Positions 13,617-26,860 of a stretch of DNA of 64,000 nucleotides are shown piece after piece (the first letter of the stretch is position 1; each line of letters begins with the position of its first letter). The notes beneath the pieces are model-generated. The model was not told where the DNA came from. It saw nothing but the letters and a program-made list of their open reading frames with translations, and did not search any database. Source of the stretch: Eledone cirrhosa (taxonomy: Eukaryota); the NCBI GenBank assembly GCA_964016885.1, contig OZ024740.1, positions 266,042,001-266,106,000 of the forward strand, given 5' to 3'. Position numbers and translations under genes: made by a program.

Positions 13617-14525
13617 TAGTAATAATAATAAATTTGAAGACTAAAATCCAAAGAGGGCTCGATAAGGATAAATATATATAAATATATATCAAATATAAAC
13701 CGTAGAGCAAATATTTATTAATTAAAATAACAGATTAAAGAGTAAGCAAAGAATCGCTGCTTTCACTCTTAACGGGATCTTCTGAAACTAACAAAGTCAA
13801 TCTGTGAATGCAGAAGTGAATATTTCAAAAAACGTGTCAACCGGAGGAAGACAGGAAGACGATACTTTGGTTCGTGGAAACGTTCCCTGGCAAAGAACGG
13901 GAAAAAACGAATATAATACGTCATTATTTGGAACGGTGAAAAACAATTACACACAAAGACAAAACCACGTTTATGGGATAAAAGAAGTGGTAGACTAATA
14001 TATGGATGCGTGTATGTGTTTATTGAATTTCAATTACCTCTGTATTTTATTTACTTTATTCTTAACTCTGAAGCCGAGAATCATTCGGTTTCCTAATTAG
14101 AATTTTAGTCTACGACTTCAGTTATACCATTTACGTGGTTTTGTCTTTGAGTGCAATTGTTCTCCCCGATCCACATATGGCGTATTATCTTCGTGTTTTC
14201 CGTTCATTGCCAGAGAACGTCTCTATGAACCACCTAATAGAATATTAGTCTACGACTTCTTTTATACCATAAACGTGGATTTGTCTTTGCGTGTAATTGT
14301 TTTTCACCGCTCCAAATAATTACGTATTATATTCGTTTTTCCCGTTCTTTGCCAGGGAACGTTTCCACGAACCAAAGTATCGTCTTCCTGTCTTCCTCCG
14401 GTTGCAACGTTTTTTGAAATATTCACTTCTGCGTTTTCAGATTGACTTTGTTAGTTTCAGAAGATCCCGTTAAGCGTGAAAGCAGCGATTCTTTGCTTAA
14501 ACTTTAATCTGTTATTTTAATAAAT
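13617..14525. mobile_element. (TA)n-flanked inverted-repeat insert (arms ~13720-14000 and ~14243-14525) carrying a variant hammerhead
   Basis: Arms are reverse complements. A diverged tandem partial copy lies at ~14095-14232 and a third copy at 36844-37135. Confidence 0.8.
14453..14503 (+). ncRNA. Hammerhead-like motif with CAGAAGA core (U4A variant)
   Basis: AGTTT-CAGAAGA-TCCCGTTAAGCGT-GAAA-GCA...TGC-TT-AAACT. Same core in the copy at 37060-37110. Confidence 0.6.
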
Positions 14526-14545
14526 ATATATATATATATATATAT

Positions 14546-14884
14546 TAGAGAGTTAAACAAGATTCAATGAGTACATCATAGAATGAGTTTTTCAGTAGAT
14601 TGAAAGCACTCTACAAAAAGATATTTTCCAGAGTTATTAATGTTAAATTCAAATATTAATAAAATAGATGTTCTTGTGATCAATTAAATTTTATTATACA
14701 TATTTCAGAGGTACTTGAATCAAGTTCAATAGTACGTCCTCATCATATAAAATAAAATGATACATGACATACCCTGACATGTTAAATGGTTAAGATTAAA
14801 TCTTAACCATAGAAATTTGTATTATATGTATAATAAAATTTAATTGATCATAAGAACATCTATTTTATTAATATTTGAATTTAA
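14546..14884 (-). mobile_element. (TA)n-flanked Penelope-like terminal insert with partial inverted arms and a decayed hammerhead
   Basis: Arms 14643-14702 and 14825-14884. Minus strand 14689-14752 reads TTTTAT-ATGATGA-..-GAAA-TATGTA-TA-ATAAAA. Tail AGCACTC at 14605. Confidence 0.7.
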
Positions 14885-15124
14885 TATATATATATATACG
14901 GGATAACAAATTATTGTTATAGGTAGTCCACTTATATGTAGTCCAGTTAGGGTACTCCGAGAGGTGGATAGTATCAAGGCTTGGCTAAGTTTGGCTCAAC
15001 AAGGCGTTTCCATAGTGATGCTGCGAGTACGCGGTGATTTCTATGTAGTTTACACTTGGAGTAATGATAAATGAAGAAAGAAGAGTGACACGGTTTGCTA
15101 CACAATAAGGGCTTTAATCACATT

Positions 15125-15230
15125 GCTGACAATTGTTTCTCTGGACTGGTAGGTCTAGAGATCGCTACCCGCCTGTTTCTGCGTCAATCGATCACCAATA
15201 CATAGTTATAACCAGTCAATTCATCAGAGC
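15125..15230 (-). ncRNA. Type-I hammerhead with extended stem II; mirror copy at 17647-17752 on the plus strand
   Basis: GCT-CTGATGA-ATTGACTGG...CCAGTCCAGA-GAAA-CAATTG-TC-AGC, with a canonical GUC site. Confidence 0.75.
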
Positions 15231-16004
15231 TTGCGAGAATGAGCGGAATACACAGGCATGGCTTCTATATATAGTAGTGGCATTAAATCAGAACAACAAC
15301 CATACTAACAATGCTAGCAATAAATTAGTTGAAATAATCACAACATCAATCTAAGTAAGACATAGAGTATACTTATGACTTTAGCATGCAAAACGAGCTG
15401 ATATGGGGCAGATGTATGAAATTGACATGTAAAAGCTGTCATGAGGTGTATTATAGATGGTGTAGAGATGAGCCGGGGCTTTAAATAATGTACCATTTCC
15501 TTTACTGTAGGTTTGCTGACCGTAAGAATTATTTATTATCTGACAGTAAAATATTTTCATTGTAGTGAAGGTAGTAATTTTTATGTGGTGTAAAGTGGAT
15601 TCAATATTTAAGTGGTCTATATTAGATGAATGGATTGTTAGTTCGAATCATGGGGTTGTTTAGCTTTCACATCATCAATAACATGCATGTATAAGATAAC
15701 ACCAACAGAGTAGTAATATAATAGGTAAGTTAATACAGAGGTTAAGGAAGCAATATGTATATATATAGAGAGAAAACATGATGACTACAATTATAACAAC
15801 TGGAGGAAGGTGTTGTTTTACGGATTGTGGTAGTATTCTAATAGTTTATAACGGATAAGGACAACTCAAACAAACCTACTAACATTGGCACCAACCGCTC
15901 ACACAAAAATAGAGGTAACAGGACTAGACATAGAGTTAGGCACGTAGCACCTTGAGTAAGTGGTCCAAACACCAATAATGAAAACCCTGGAAACAATAGA
16001 AGAA

Positions 16005-16816
16005 TTAGAGAAAGAAAATACCTGTGGTTCAATCCAATCTTCAACTCCTCTGTAAAAACTAGACTGCCTTCTACGTTCTTTAAACTAATAGATAAACACT
16101 TCCCTATATCACATAGATATCATAAAATCCTCAATAGAAAAACTATAAAACTCTCATAATCTACGGCTGCAAATATAGAATCCCACATACGCAAGATCAA
16201 CCACAGAAATACCTCTAGGGAAACCGCCCCACCTATGCGCATCTTAGCACCAAATTCTAATCATAGATACATCACAGTAACACAACCGCAAACGCATACA
16301 AGCACGCAGCAGCAAAACCTCAACGGGCACGAATCACAACCCACTTATAGCAGTGTACAAAACAGCAGTGTGGAAGCTACACGGAATAACACCTCAAACT
16401 GCAATTGTCACCTACCAGATAGGTGCCCATTGGCGAACAGATGCCTTGATTCGAGCCTAGTGTACATGTGTACGGTGAACTCGGGCAACTCCACTTGGCA
16501 TTACATTGGATCCACCGCGGGTAATTAAAAAAAAAGATGGTATGCGCACAGACATTCGATGAAGAACCGTGCACTAATAGGTTCTACAACCCTCGCCAAA
16601 AAAATCTGGGAACTTAAGGACAATAACATCAACTACAATATCAATTGGTCGAGGTTGTCGGCCGCAATGGCATATAGTACCGGTATGTCCTATTGTAGGC
16701 TCTGCGACCTTGAATTACTGTATATCCTTAGGAATGAAAAAAAGGCTACTCAACAACAAAATAGAAAGGTCAATTTTCTGCAGACACAGGATCGCTACTA
16801 AATTCACAAGATTTAA
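16005..16816 (+). pseudogene. Disrupted PLE linker plus GIY-YIG endonuclease
   Basis: RERKYLWFNP..LIDKHFP..KILNRKTIKLS*, CNC..CPL..CL..LVY..YIGST, TTLAKKIWELK..INW..CRLC..CRH, with stops and frameshifts. Confidence 0.85.
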
Positions 16817-17804
16817 GCCACCGTGAATCGAACCAACATAACTTAGCATTCAACATATGAAATCCACACTCTCACACAGACCACCACAGAACTATAATAT
16901 TCTTTAAGCAGCTTCTAGCCTCCTTAATTATATACCACAGTAATGTCTGCAAATATCTTATCAACCCATAAATATATCTCTTCTCAGCTGCTGTCAACAC
17001 AACTTCCTCACCCTTGATTCTCAACAGATGAACCTAAATCCAAGTACATTATTAGAATACTCCCCCAATCCGTAAAACATCACCTTCCTCCTGTTGTTAT
17101 AATTGTAGTCATCATGTATATATATATATATATATTGCTTCTTTAACCTCTGTATTAACTTACCTATTATATTGATACTCTGTTGGTGTTATCTTATACA
17201 TACATGTTATTGATGATGTGAAAGCTAAACAACCCATGATTCGAACTAACAATCCCTTCATCTAATATAGACCAATTAAATAATGAATCCGTTTTACACC
17301 ACATAAAAATTACTACCCTCACTACAATGAAAATATTTTACTGTCAGATAATAAATAATTCTTACGGTCAGCAAACCTACAGTAAAGGAAATGGTACATT
17401 GTTTATCTCTACACTATCTATAATACACCTCATGACAGCTTTTACATGTCAATTTCATACATCTGCCCCATATCAGCTCGTTTTACATGCTAAAGTCATA
17501 AGTATACTCTATGTCTTACTTAGATTGATGTTGTGATTATTTCAACTAATTTATTGCTAGCATTGTTAGTATTGTTGTTGTTGTTCTGATTTAATGCCAC
17601 TACTATATATAGAAGCCATGCCTGTGTATTCCCTTCATTCTCGCAAACTCTGATGAATTGACTGGTTATAACTATATATTGGTGATCGATTGACGCGAAA
17701 ACAGGCGGGTAGTGATCTCTAGACGTACCAGTTCAAAGAAACAATTGTCAGCAATGTGATTAAAGCCCTTATTGTATAGCAAACCGTGTCACTCTTCTTT
17801 CTTG

Positions 17805-17859
<55 letters not shown>

Positions 17860-18469
17860 TTCTTTTGTTGACATATATTTAATCTCTCAGTGTGTGACCG
17901 GGCTATTCTTTGATCAGGAAGAGCTAGCCTCTTATGGCGTCAATTCTCTGGCTCCGTTATTTGCAGATATTCTGATTATCGTTTTTTGTTCGACCATACA
18001 AATACCTATTAGTAGACATACATACACTCACGCACACCCAAAATTATTCAATAAATATAATTCTACCTCCTCTTAACAATTATTCGATCTCATCCTTCTC
18101 CACATACAGATACACACGGATACGTACATAAACAAACACATACACAACTACGCAATCACACATACAACTACTCCTTAAATATATAAAAATGTATATATGT
18201 GTATATGTATATATAACATACAATTAATTCTAAAACTTTTTTGCAACAACCTATAAATAAAATTTACTCTTAGATGAACAGCTATACCCTTATATAGACA
18301 AGCCACGCCCTTGACGAAATGGCCAGTCAACTGTGAGACCTTTTGGCAAACAGTCTGGAACTAGATGCTGAAACAGCAAGAGCTCAGCCGTCGGACCCCG
18401 ACTCTTTATATTACAGCCATACTCTACTATCCTAAATATCGAGTACGGTGAGAGAGAGAGAGAGAGGGA

Positions 18470-18506
<37 letters not shown>

Positions 18507-20460
18507 TGTGTGTGTGTGTGTGAGTGTAAGAAAGACAGTTAGACATCATCATAGTAACTATGAACTAGGCTTAATCAACAACAATAGCATCAACATTAAC
18601 AGAAAACAGGAAGAATTAGCCGTATCAAATCTGTTCATATTTATAAAATAGAATATATCTGTTTAAATGTATAAATAGTTTCTTTCTTTCCCACAAAGAA
18701 ACACTTTACAAATTATAGTTTGGTGTTGAGTGTCGACTGAAATGTTACTGAAGAAATCTTTCTAGATTTTGGCAATGCCCGACATATCTGTTCAGGATAA
18801 AACACATGTAACTTTGAGAAAATACTGATTTACGTATTTCGGTTGATTAATTAATTGTTTGAAAGGAATTTGCAAATAACCATTTTTCTTTTTCAGCCTG
18901 TCTTAAGTGTAAATGGCCGCGGCCAAATTATTATACTTTTAAACTCAAGATAGGAATGTCGTGAATTCGATTCTATTGACTGGGCGATACGATGAGTTCT
19001 TCGGCAATACACTTTATTTCGCATTCTTTCATCTGAAAATGAGAACCAGCAGCAGTAGCAGCAGCCGCAGTAGCAGCTATACCTCAGATGGGCTTGCCGA
19101 CGCGTCCAGAGAAGAGTCTTGTACTCTCAGTTGTTTAACGCAAATGAAACCGGAATAAACTGATAATCGTCCGGATTTTAAACATTTTTTTTTCAAACCC
19201 ATCTTGGATTAAAAAGATTTCCCACAATCGCACGCTATAACAGACATGTTTACCTTTAGAGCCGAATTAATAGTAATCTCTGGCTTAGCATTCGTATTCA
19301 TTTTATTTGGCATCTATTATAAAATCTCTAGTGCACACTTCAGTTGCCATATTTCTTTCTGTAACGATCCCCGCAGGTTACACCTAATCGAGTAGAAATA
19401 TCATTAAAGACATTCCATCGGAAACCAACGCATCTTTTTATAAATATCTAAAACTACATTCTCTACTACAGTATCTAATGTATCCTTCCCATATTGAAAA
19501 TGTTACGAAGTGATTTGAGAGAAATTTGGTTACTATTTCTAATAAGCTGTTTGACTATGTAGAATCTCCCTTGTTCGTTACTAAGTATCTTTGTAGTTAC
19601 AAAAAGTATTCATTCACCCACGGTTCTAGTTCCTAATTTAGCTAACCAGTATTTCTAATCTATTATTTCTCAATATTATTACTGTTGGTATTACTTTTAT
19701 CTTTATTATCTACTCTGTTGAAATATCCTGCTTGAGATGAAGCTTCTCAATATTTTCCTGTTGCTTGATCTTAATTCTAATATCCCCAGGAGTTATATTA
19801 TTGATAATTCTAGACATGTATGCTTTCTTATCAATTGTACAACTGCAATCATAACTGATTTCTTTTCGAAATCTAAAAGGATTTTGATGTCTTTAGATAT
19901 ACTTAAGTATTTTATCTTCAAATACCCCAAATAATATATTCTATTTTGTGTAGACATGTGGCTTAATGGTTAGGGTGTTCGGCTTATGATCTTATGGTCG
20001 TGAGTTCGATTCCCTAAACTGGCAAAAAATGAGTTATGTAATTCAAATGGCCAGCGCATGATGAATGTCCCTGAGCACTACGTTAAGGAGACACATCACT
20101 TACAAGCTTACCAGCTGGAGCACTCATTGTCAAAATCAATGGAAATACATTCCGTTGTATTGTCATCATATTTAATTCTGTAAAATCGGAAATACAGCAA
20201 TCCGCTTGGAGCTCCGTGAAGCGGGCTGACTATTATGGATGTCGGTGGCCATTTCTCCGTGGTAATACCTTCATCATTCTATCTATGGAGCATTGCCGAA
20301 TCACCACACAGACTAGGGTCTAGAGTCTTCCTCCCACCTTTTCTCTCTCTCCCTGTCCTGCCTTACTTAATTCTCTTTTTCGATAGTGTTGTTCCGTTAA
20401 ATTATGGTAGATAAGGCACATTATTTCATTTCAATGTGAAGTCACACACACACACACACA

Positions 20461-20514
<54 letters not shown>

Positions 20515-21050
20515 ATTATGTAATAAACAACATTACATAATTAAATAACTCTGTACTATACATAGAGCACTCTTTTTTCCTTTACCTTTTCCGCGGAAAT
20601 ACTTAACATTGGTGTTCACTTCAATTTATTATCAATTTCCATTTGGTTAGTTTAATAACCGGATGGTTGTTTATTTGATGGTTGCTTTTTCGTCACACAT
20701 CTGTGAACTCCTCAGTGACTAATATGTTATTTTGCGTCGCTCCTTTGTTCTGTCTTACATCATCTTGTTTTTGTGAGTTGTATGCTGTGTACTTGGGTTG
20801 CACATACCTTGTATCCGGGTGTGCGTGTGTCTTTATTTATTTATAAGTTTATTTATTTGTCTCTAGTTGGTTGCTTTTTCTGTTTGTTTTATAAGTTTGG
20901 TGTTTGTATTTTTATACCACCCATGTTATCTGTTTAGTTTTAGCTGGAGTTCATTTATGTTTGTCGCTTCTGTAATCTGTAGGATCTTTTCTGTGTGTGG
21001 ATAGGATTTTTATTTCTATGTTGACTAGAGTGCCCCATATTCCATTTTGG
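20515..21050 (-). mobile_element. Decayed 3' part of the 31.4-kb Penelope-like lineage
   Basis: Minus strand encodes NIEIKILSTHRKDPT..ITEATNINE..KLNR, similar to NIEIRIISKHRNDPA..IREASEIE..KLNR. Contains CTGAGGA-GTTCACAGATGTGTGAC-GAAA and tail AGCACTC at 20566. Confidence 0.7.
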
Positions 21051-22255
21051 TTAAACCCCCAGCTACTATTGGTGCTCAATTTCAGCTGAGTATACTGAAA
21101 CAACGGGAATTGAAGCTCAAGACTCAACACACAACTTGTTTATGAAATCGAACCCACAACATTATTATCGTAGATTGAACACCTTAACCACTAGGCCACG
21201 CACTTTTACAAATAGTAGTACTATAATAGTAATAATTGTTCTCTGTATGTAACAAATTGGCAATAGCTTCTCAGCATGCATGTCGAAAGAAGCAGTTAAA
21301 AGCGTTGGGCATAGGAGGGGATCAGGCTATAAAACATTTCTTCAATAAGAATGCCATGATGAATATAAAATTACTAAGACTAATCATTAATTTAAGAGCG
21401 CTCTATGTTATAAACAGAGCTGAAATATAGTGTCAGCTCGACGCTAATAACAGTTAATCGCTACCTGATGCTTCGAAGCATTCTTCTGTATAGGCCATAA
21501 GTATTTATTATGGTTTTAGTTGGGATTACTTATTATCAGGCGAGTAAGTAAATAAGTGAGTAGATAAGATTATTTGAGGAAAAGCAGTTCCAACGCAAGC
21601 CATTACAAAAATGTATGGCTTATAGAAAGGCATGCTTCAACACCTAAGTAGCGATTAACTGTGTCAAGCAGACATCAATAATATATGTATATATATATGT
21701 GTGTGTGTGTACGTGCGTGTGTGTATGTGTGTGTGTGTTATACGACAGGTATCAGTACTTTCCTTTCACCAAATTCCACTTACATGGCGTTGGCTGGTCC
21801 AAGCTATATTAGAAGACATTCGATCACAAGTGAGTCCAGAATCACATGATTGTAGAAAAAACGAGCTCCCTAACCACACAGCCATGCATGCGACTATGTA
21901 AGAAATCAATAAATATGTGTCACATAAATGTGATAAATTCAGTTAATATACGTGTCTCTTATCAGAATCGCCATCAATGGCTGATTAGGACGTTATACGA
22001 GATCATTATTCAATGATGTTACCATATTGAGATGATAGATATATCAGTTCCTATAGATTGGTTACTTCTATTCTAATATTAATCACTCATATTTCTTTTC
22101 CCATTATCGAAGTGTTATCTACATTGACCTACGCCAAAGTCTAATTACAACAATCTTGTTTGATTCAGAACCTGCCCCTCCCACCTAATTCTATCTCTCA
22201 CTCTAACTCTCACTCTATCTCCCTCTCTATCTATCTCTCTCTCTCCCTCTCTCAC

Positions 22256-22319
<64 letters not shown>

Positions 22320-22389
22320 TCTCTTGGTTACAACAATCAAATAATGTACATTGTTGCCGTGTCATCTTAATTCATATATATATATATAT

Positions 22390-22579
22390 GGGAAAATGTA
22401 TGACCCCGACGGCAGAGCTCAAGCCGTTTCGATGGCTTTTCCTGTCCAGAAATAGCCGTCGAAACGGCTTGAGCTCTGCCGTCGCGGGTCATACATATTC
22501 CTACTACCCACTCTACTACCCTAAGTATTGAGTACTCTGGTGCGTTATGGTCCATCTGGTTCCTTACCACAACTCCTTC

Positions 22580-22582
<3 letters not shown>
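22390..22582 (+). mobile_element. (TA)n-flanked hairpin insert, family X (copies at 25330-25492 and 33508-33700)
   Basis: Palindrome 22391-22500, hammerhead 3' half GAAA-CGGC..GCCG-TC at 22461-22483, and tail ...GAGTACTCTGGTGCGTTATGGTCCATCTGG. Confidence 0.8.
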
Positions 22583-22616
<34 letters not shown>

Positions 22617-22741
22617 AATGAGTTATATGGTTTGTTGATTATTCAACAAAGTTAATTTTACAGCAGATTAGAAGCACTCTATAAGTTAATCTGGAGTATC
22701 ATTAATATTAATAAATGGAAAATATCTTTATAAAACCATTT

Positions 22742-22800
22742 ATTTTATTATACGTATTTCAAGGGTACTAATATTTAAGTATGCTTTCGTCAGATAAAAT
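22742..22800 (-). ncRNA. Type-I hammerhead ribozyme in a Penelope-like 3' end that starts at ~22615
   Basis: ATTTTAT-CTGACGA-AAGCATACT..AGTACCCTT-GAAA-TACGTA-TA-ATAAAAT. Stem I is 7 bp and stem III is palindromic. Confidence 0.85.
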
Positions 22801-23222
22801 ATAACATTTGGTATTAAGATAGTGACATATCTTCATGTGAACTTAATGGTATAAGTCCAGTGAAGATAGAGAATTGAAAGGCTCATAACTGAAGGGATAT
22901 ATGTTAATGGGGATAACGTTAAACCTGAAAAAAGCCGTTAAGTTTAGACGCTTGATAAATATTATATCCTTATTTAAATTTTGTTATGGGTTTGTTATTA
23001 TAGGTTGAAAAATTATTGTAGGGTTATTTTAGAGTTAATAATAGATATATATGCATACATACACCCAAAGATATATATATGAGTTTAGAAGGAATCACAT
23101 AATTATACTTATTTATTTATTTTTTTATATATATATTTTAAGAGTATGGATGTATTTATAATATTTAGATGAGAATTATAATGTATTGTATTAAATTATA
23201 AGAATATACACCGTATCTACAA

Positions 23223-23293
<71 letters not shown>

Positions 23294-23334
23294 CATATAC
23301 ACATACAAGTGCATTTATTTTTTCATATATTTTA

Positions 23335-23690
23335 ATAATTGGTTCTACTTTAGGCACAAGGCCAGCAATTACCCAGTGCATTTCTGGTACTTTATTGTAT
23401 CGACCCCGTAAGTATGAAAGGAAAAGGTCAACCTCGGCGGGATTTGAACTCAGATCGTAAAGGGACGTAACTATGCGGGAAAGCATGGCGTCCGACCCTC
23501 TACCGATACTTCATATATTTTAATAATATGAATGTAGTTATAAATATAATGTATTGAGTATATTATAAGACATTATTATATATCGCCGAGGTTAACTTTG
23601 CCTTTCATCCTTACGGGGTCGATAAAATAAAGTACCAGTAATACACTGAGTAATTGCTGGCCTTGTGCCTAACGTAGAAACAATTATTAT
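23335..23690. mobile_element. Two oppositely oriented fragments of one SINE family; also present at 35920-36125
   Basis: TAGGCACAAGGCCAGCAATT..ATCGACCCCGTAAG..GGATTTGAACTC at 23351-23510, and its reverse complement at 23583-23690. Confidence 0.7.
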
Positions 23691-24565
23691 ATATCGTTAA
23701 TTAAAAATAAATTATTATTTAGTACATAGATGATTATGCGTTAATATAGATCTTCGTTATAAATGAGCGTAAGAGAGATCGAGTAATTATATATATGTAT
23801 TTTATACATATATTTTAAGAATGTGAAAGTCATTATATTTTTTAAGTAAAATGTATAGTATTATGGTATAATCTATTATTGCATATAGTTAGTAATATAA
23901 TATTTAAACAGTTATGCAAGTTGGAATATATCGTATATGTGAATTGGAAACAAAGAAATTTTGATGGGGAGATAACTCTAATTTTTAGTATTTTAAAGAA
24001 TAATAACAAACCCATAACAAAATTTAAATAAGGAATGAGAAATTAAAGAAGAAATAGTAAAATTGAGGAGACAGGCAGGGTGGAAACGGGATAAAGTTTT
24101 TAGAGAAAAATAACAGGTCCATTCATGTTGTAATCTCTTGGAAAACTGTTGACGCTGGCGTTTGGTGTATAATATACTTTTTTTAAAAACGTTGATGATG
24201 GAGTGCATCTATATGAAAGGGAAAAACGTATTGTATATAGATCTGTACGTGTGCGCGTGCCTATACGTGTGTGTGTATATGTATATGTAGGTAAAAGAGA
24301 GTGTGTGTGTGCTTGTACGTACGAATCTGTGAGTACTGATACGTGTATATAAAGGAGCCTGTGTGTATACAGAGCTGTGAAGGTAAATGTAGAGGTGTAT
24401 GTACGTTTTTTGTTGGTCTGTATAAGCTGTAAGAATATGTTTCTGACCTTAACAGAGCCATAGGAACCTAGGGAGGGAATGTACGCGCGCGTATGTGACA
24501 ACGGACGGGGTAAACGTGACGGTGGCAAGGGGTAGAGAAGTAAGCATGAGCCTATGTGTATAAGA

Positions 24566-25112
24566 TTAAAGAAATTGGGGAGGGGAGTTGAATCCAATGG
24601 GGAAACTGGACCCAAGGCGGAAAATCAGACTCTGCTCTGTCCAGGGGCGTGAGGCCTGTGATCCGTGATGTAAAAGGAAACCAAGGACTGAAACGTGTAG
24701 GAAAGAGTGACCAGGGGAACGGAAATGACGAGTGACGGAAGTATCCATACCGAGTCGTATGTCCCTGAAATATTCAACAAAACGATGAATAAGGACCCAC
24801 AAGAAGGTATAGACTTCGTGGGTGGAGGTGCAGGTGAAGGAGTGGCGGATAAGAAATGAACCAATGGTGCCAATGGTGGGGTTAGAAATAAAAGGAAAGG
24901 TGTTACAGGGAGGGGGGACGAGAACAAGGATGAGAGTCGGGTGGAGTCCTAGGAGAGGAATCGGGAGAAGTAGGTACCAGGTCACAGAGATTACGGGCGC
25001 GCTTAAACTCAGTGATAGGTGGGTTTGGAAAAAAGAAGTGTCAGGGTCAGCAGAGTGGGTGTGGAAGCAAAGGAGAATATATCGTCAGAGAGGTAGGTTG
25101 ATGGGGTGGTAG
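24566..25112 (-). pseudogene. Decayed Penelope-like GIY-YIG endonuclease region
   Basis: HSFTCTSTHEVY..RFVEYFRDI..VTRHFRSPGHS..EQSLIFRLG..PIGFN matches PLE C-terminal motifs. The YIG block is deleted. Confidence 0.75.
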
Positions 25113-25281
25113 TTGAGAGGAAAAAGAAGGTAGGTGTTGGGAGCACATATATGTATCAACGCTTACGTAACCCTCTCAAATTCATTTCATTTTCACTCTG
25201 AAACTGAATATACACCCGGACTTTACCTCAACTTCCAACTGGATATTTTTTCGGATCACTGGAGTAATTTCGTTGCTTTGC

Positions 25282-25329
<48 letters not shown>

Positions 25330-25330
<1 letters not shown>

Positions 25331-25492
25331 AAGGAATTGTGGTAAGGAACCAGATGGACCATAACGCACCAGAGTAATCAATACTTAGGGTAGTAGAGTG
25401 GGAAATAGGAAAAAGTATGACCCCGACGGCAGAGCTGAAGCCGTTTCGACGGCTATTTCTGGACATAGAGTCCAGAAATAGCTGTCGAAACG
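25330..25492 (-). mobile_element. Family X hairpin insert abutting the 5' truncation of the Dong-like LINE
   Basis: Reverse complement of the 22390 family. Palindrome centre is CTGGACATAGAGTCCAG. Confidence 0.75.
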
Positions 25493-26833
25493 TGAGATGA
25501 TAAAGGAAATTGACACTGAAGAAGGATACAAGTATTTGGGGGTTCTGGAGGCTGATGACATCAAGAACAAAAAAATGAAGGAATTGATAAGATCTGAATA
25601 CATTCGGAGAGTAAGGAGCGTATTAAAGTCACATCTGAACAGTAGGAATGCCATAAGTGCAGTAAATTCCCGAGCTGTGTCTATTATTAGGTACAGTGCG
25701 GGAATTCTGAGATGGAATGTTGCTGAACAAAAAGAAATGGATAGGAAGACTAGGAAGCTATTGACTATCTACAATATGTTCCACAAGAGGAGTGATGTCG
25801 ATAGACTCTACTTAATGAGATCTGAAGGTGGAAGAGGTCTTATCAGCATAGAGGACTGTGTTTAGATGGAGAAAAACAACCTACACAAATACGTGACTGA
25901 TAGTAAGGAGCCAATGCTCAGAATTGTGCTGAAGGAGAGGACAATAGACCAGGGTATGTCCAAGGAGGAAATAACAACAAGGAGAAAGAGCAGCCATCAT
26001 GAAAAATCCCTTCATAGTACCTTCTTTGAGAAAACTGAATTCAGAGATCCACAGACATGGAACTGGTTGAAAAGAGGAGACCTTAAAAAGGCTACAGAAG
26101 GAATGCTAATGGCTGCGCAAGAGCAGGCCCTCAAAACGAAGTGGTTGAAACACCATATTTACAAGGAGGAGGCTAGCCCACTGTGCAGGATCTGTGGAGA
26201 GAGAGAGGAGACTGTAGATCCCATTGTATCCGAGTGTAAACACCTAGCCCAGACTCACTATAAGGGCTGGAGACATGATGTGATGGGCAGGGTGATCCAC
26301 TGGCACCTATGCAAAGTAAATAATTTACCACATTCTGTGAAGTGGTATGAGCATAATCCAGAGCCGGTGATAGAAAACGATCAGGTGAAGGTGCTGTGGG
26401 ATTTTAGGATACAGACGGACAAGACACTGGAACACAATAGACCTGACCTGGTGGTTTTGGACAAAGAAAAAAGATCGTGCCTGATTGTGGATGTGGCCTG
26501 CCCATTCGACACGAGAGTGCAAGAGAAGGAGAGGGAGAAAATTAACCGATACCAGGACTTAAAGTGGAAGGTAAAAAGGATTTGGAACTGCCATGAAGTC
26601 AAAGTGGTCCCGATTGTTATAGGCGCACTGGGTACTATCTCAAAAAGTTTCCAGGGATAGTTAAAGAAAATTGGCCCCGCCACGATTTTTGGAACGCTTC
26701 AAAAGGCATGCTTGCTGGGAACAGCAAGAACCCTCCAATACGTCCTGAGTATCTGAGGCTGCAGGTAGTGGCTTGATATTCATTTCAACAAACTTTCCAG
26801 TTAATTAGCATCAATGACTGAGACTCAAAGAAC
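25493..26833 (+). mobile_element. R4/Dong-like RLE non-LTR retrotransposon, 5'-truncated, two in-frame stops, (TAA)n tail
   Basis: YKYLG, RSEGGRGL, CRIC..ETV..IVSEC, RHD, LWDFRIQTD..HNRPD..DVACP..KE.EK..YQDL..VPIVIGALG. ORF ends at 26756 and (TAA)n runs 26834-26860. Confidence 0.9.
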
Positions 26834-26860
26834 AATAATAATAATAATAATAATAATAAT

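Larger units (their letters stand above)
14899..17805 (+). mobile_element. Penelope-like element remnant (Naiad-like GIY-YIG C-terminus) between ~750-bp inverted pseudo-LTRs
   Basis: Arms ~15076-15842 and ~17051-17803 are reverse complements, each with a hammerhead, and the core encodes PLE motifs. Flanked by (TA)n. Confidence 0.85.

Noticed and set aside
18897-19160. Exon candidates on either strand; also an acceptor-like site at 51252 (-) and 63440-63580 (-)
   Set aside because: Acceptor-like sites exist, but the frames are short or unrecognisable and no matching donor was found.
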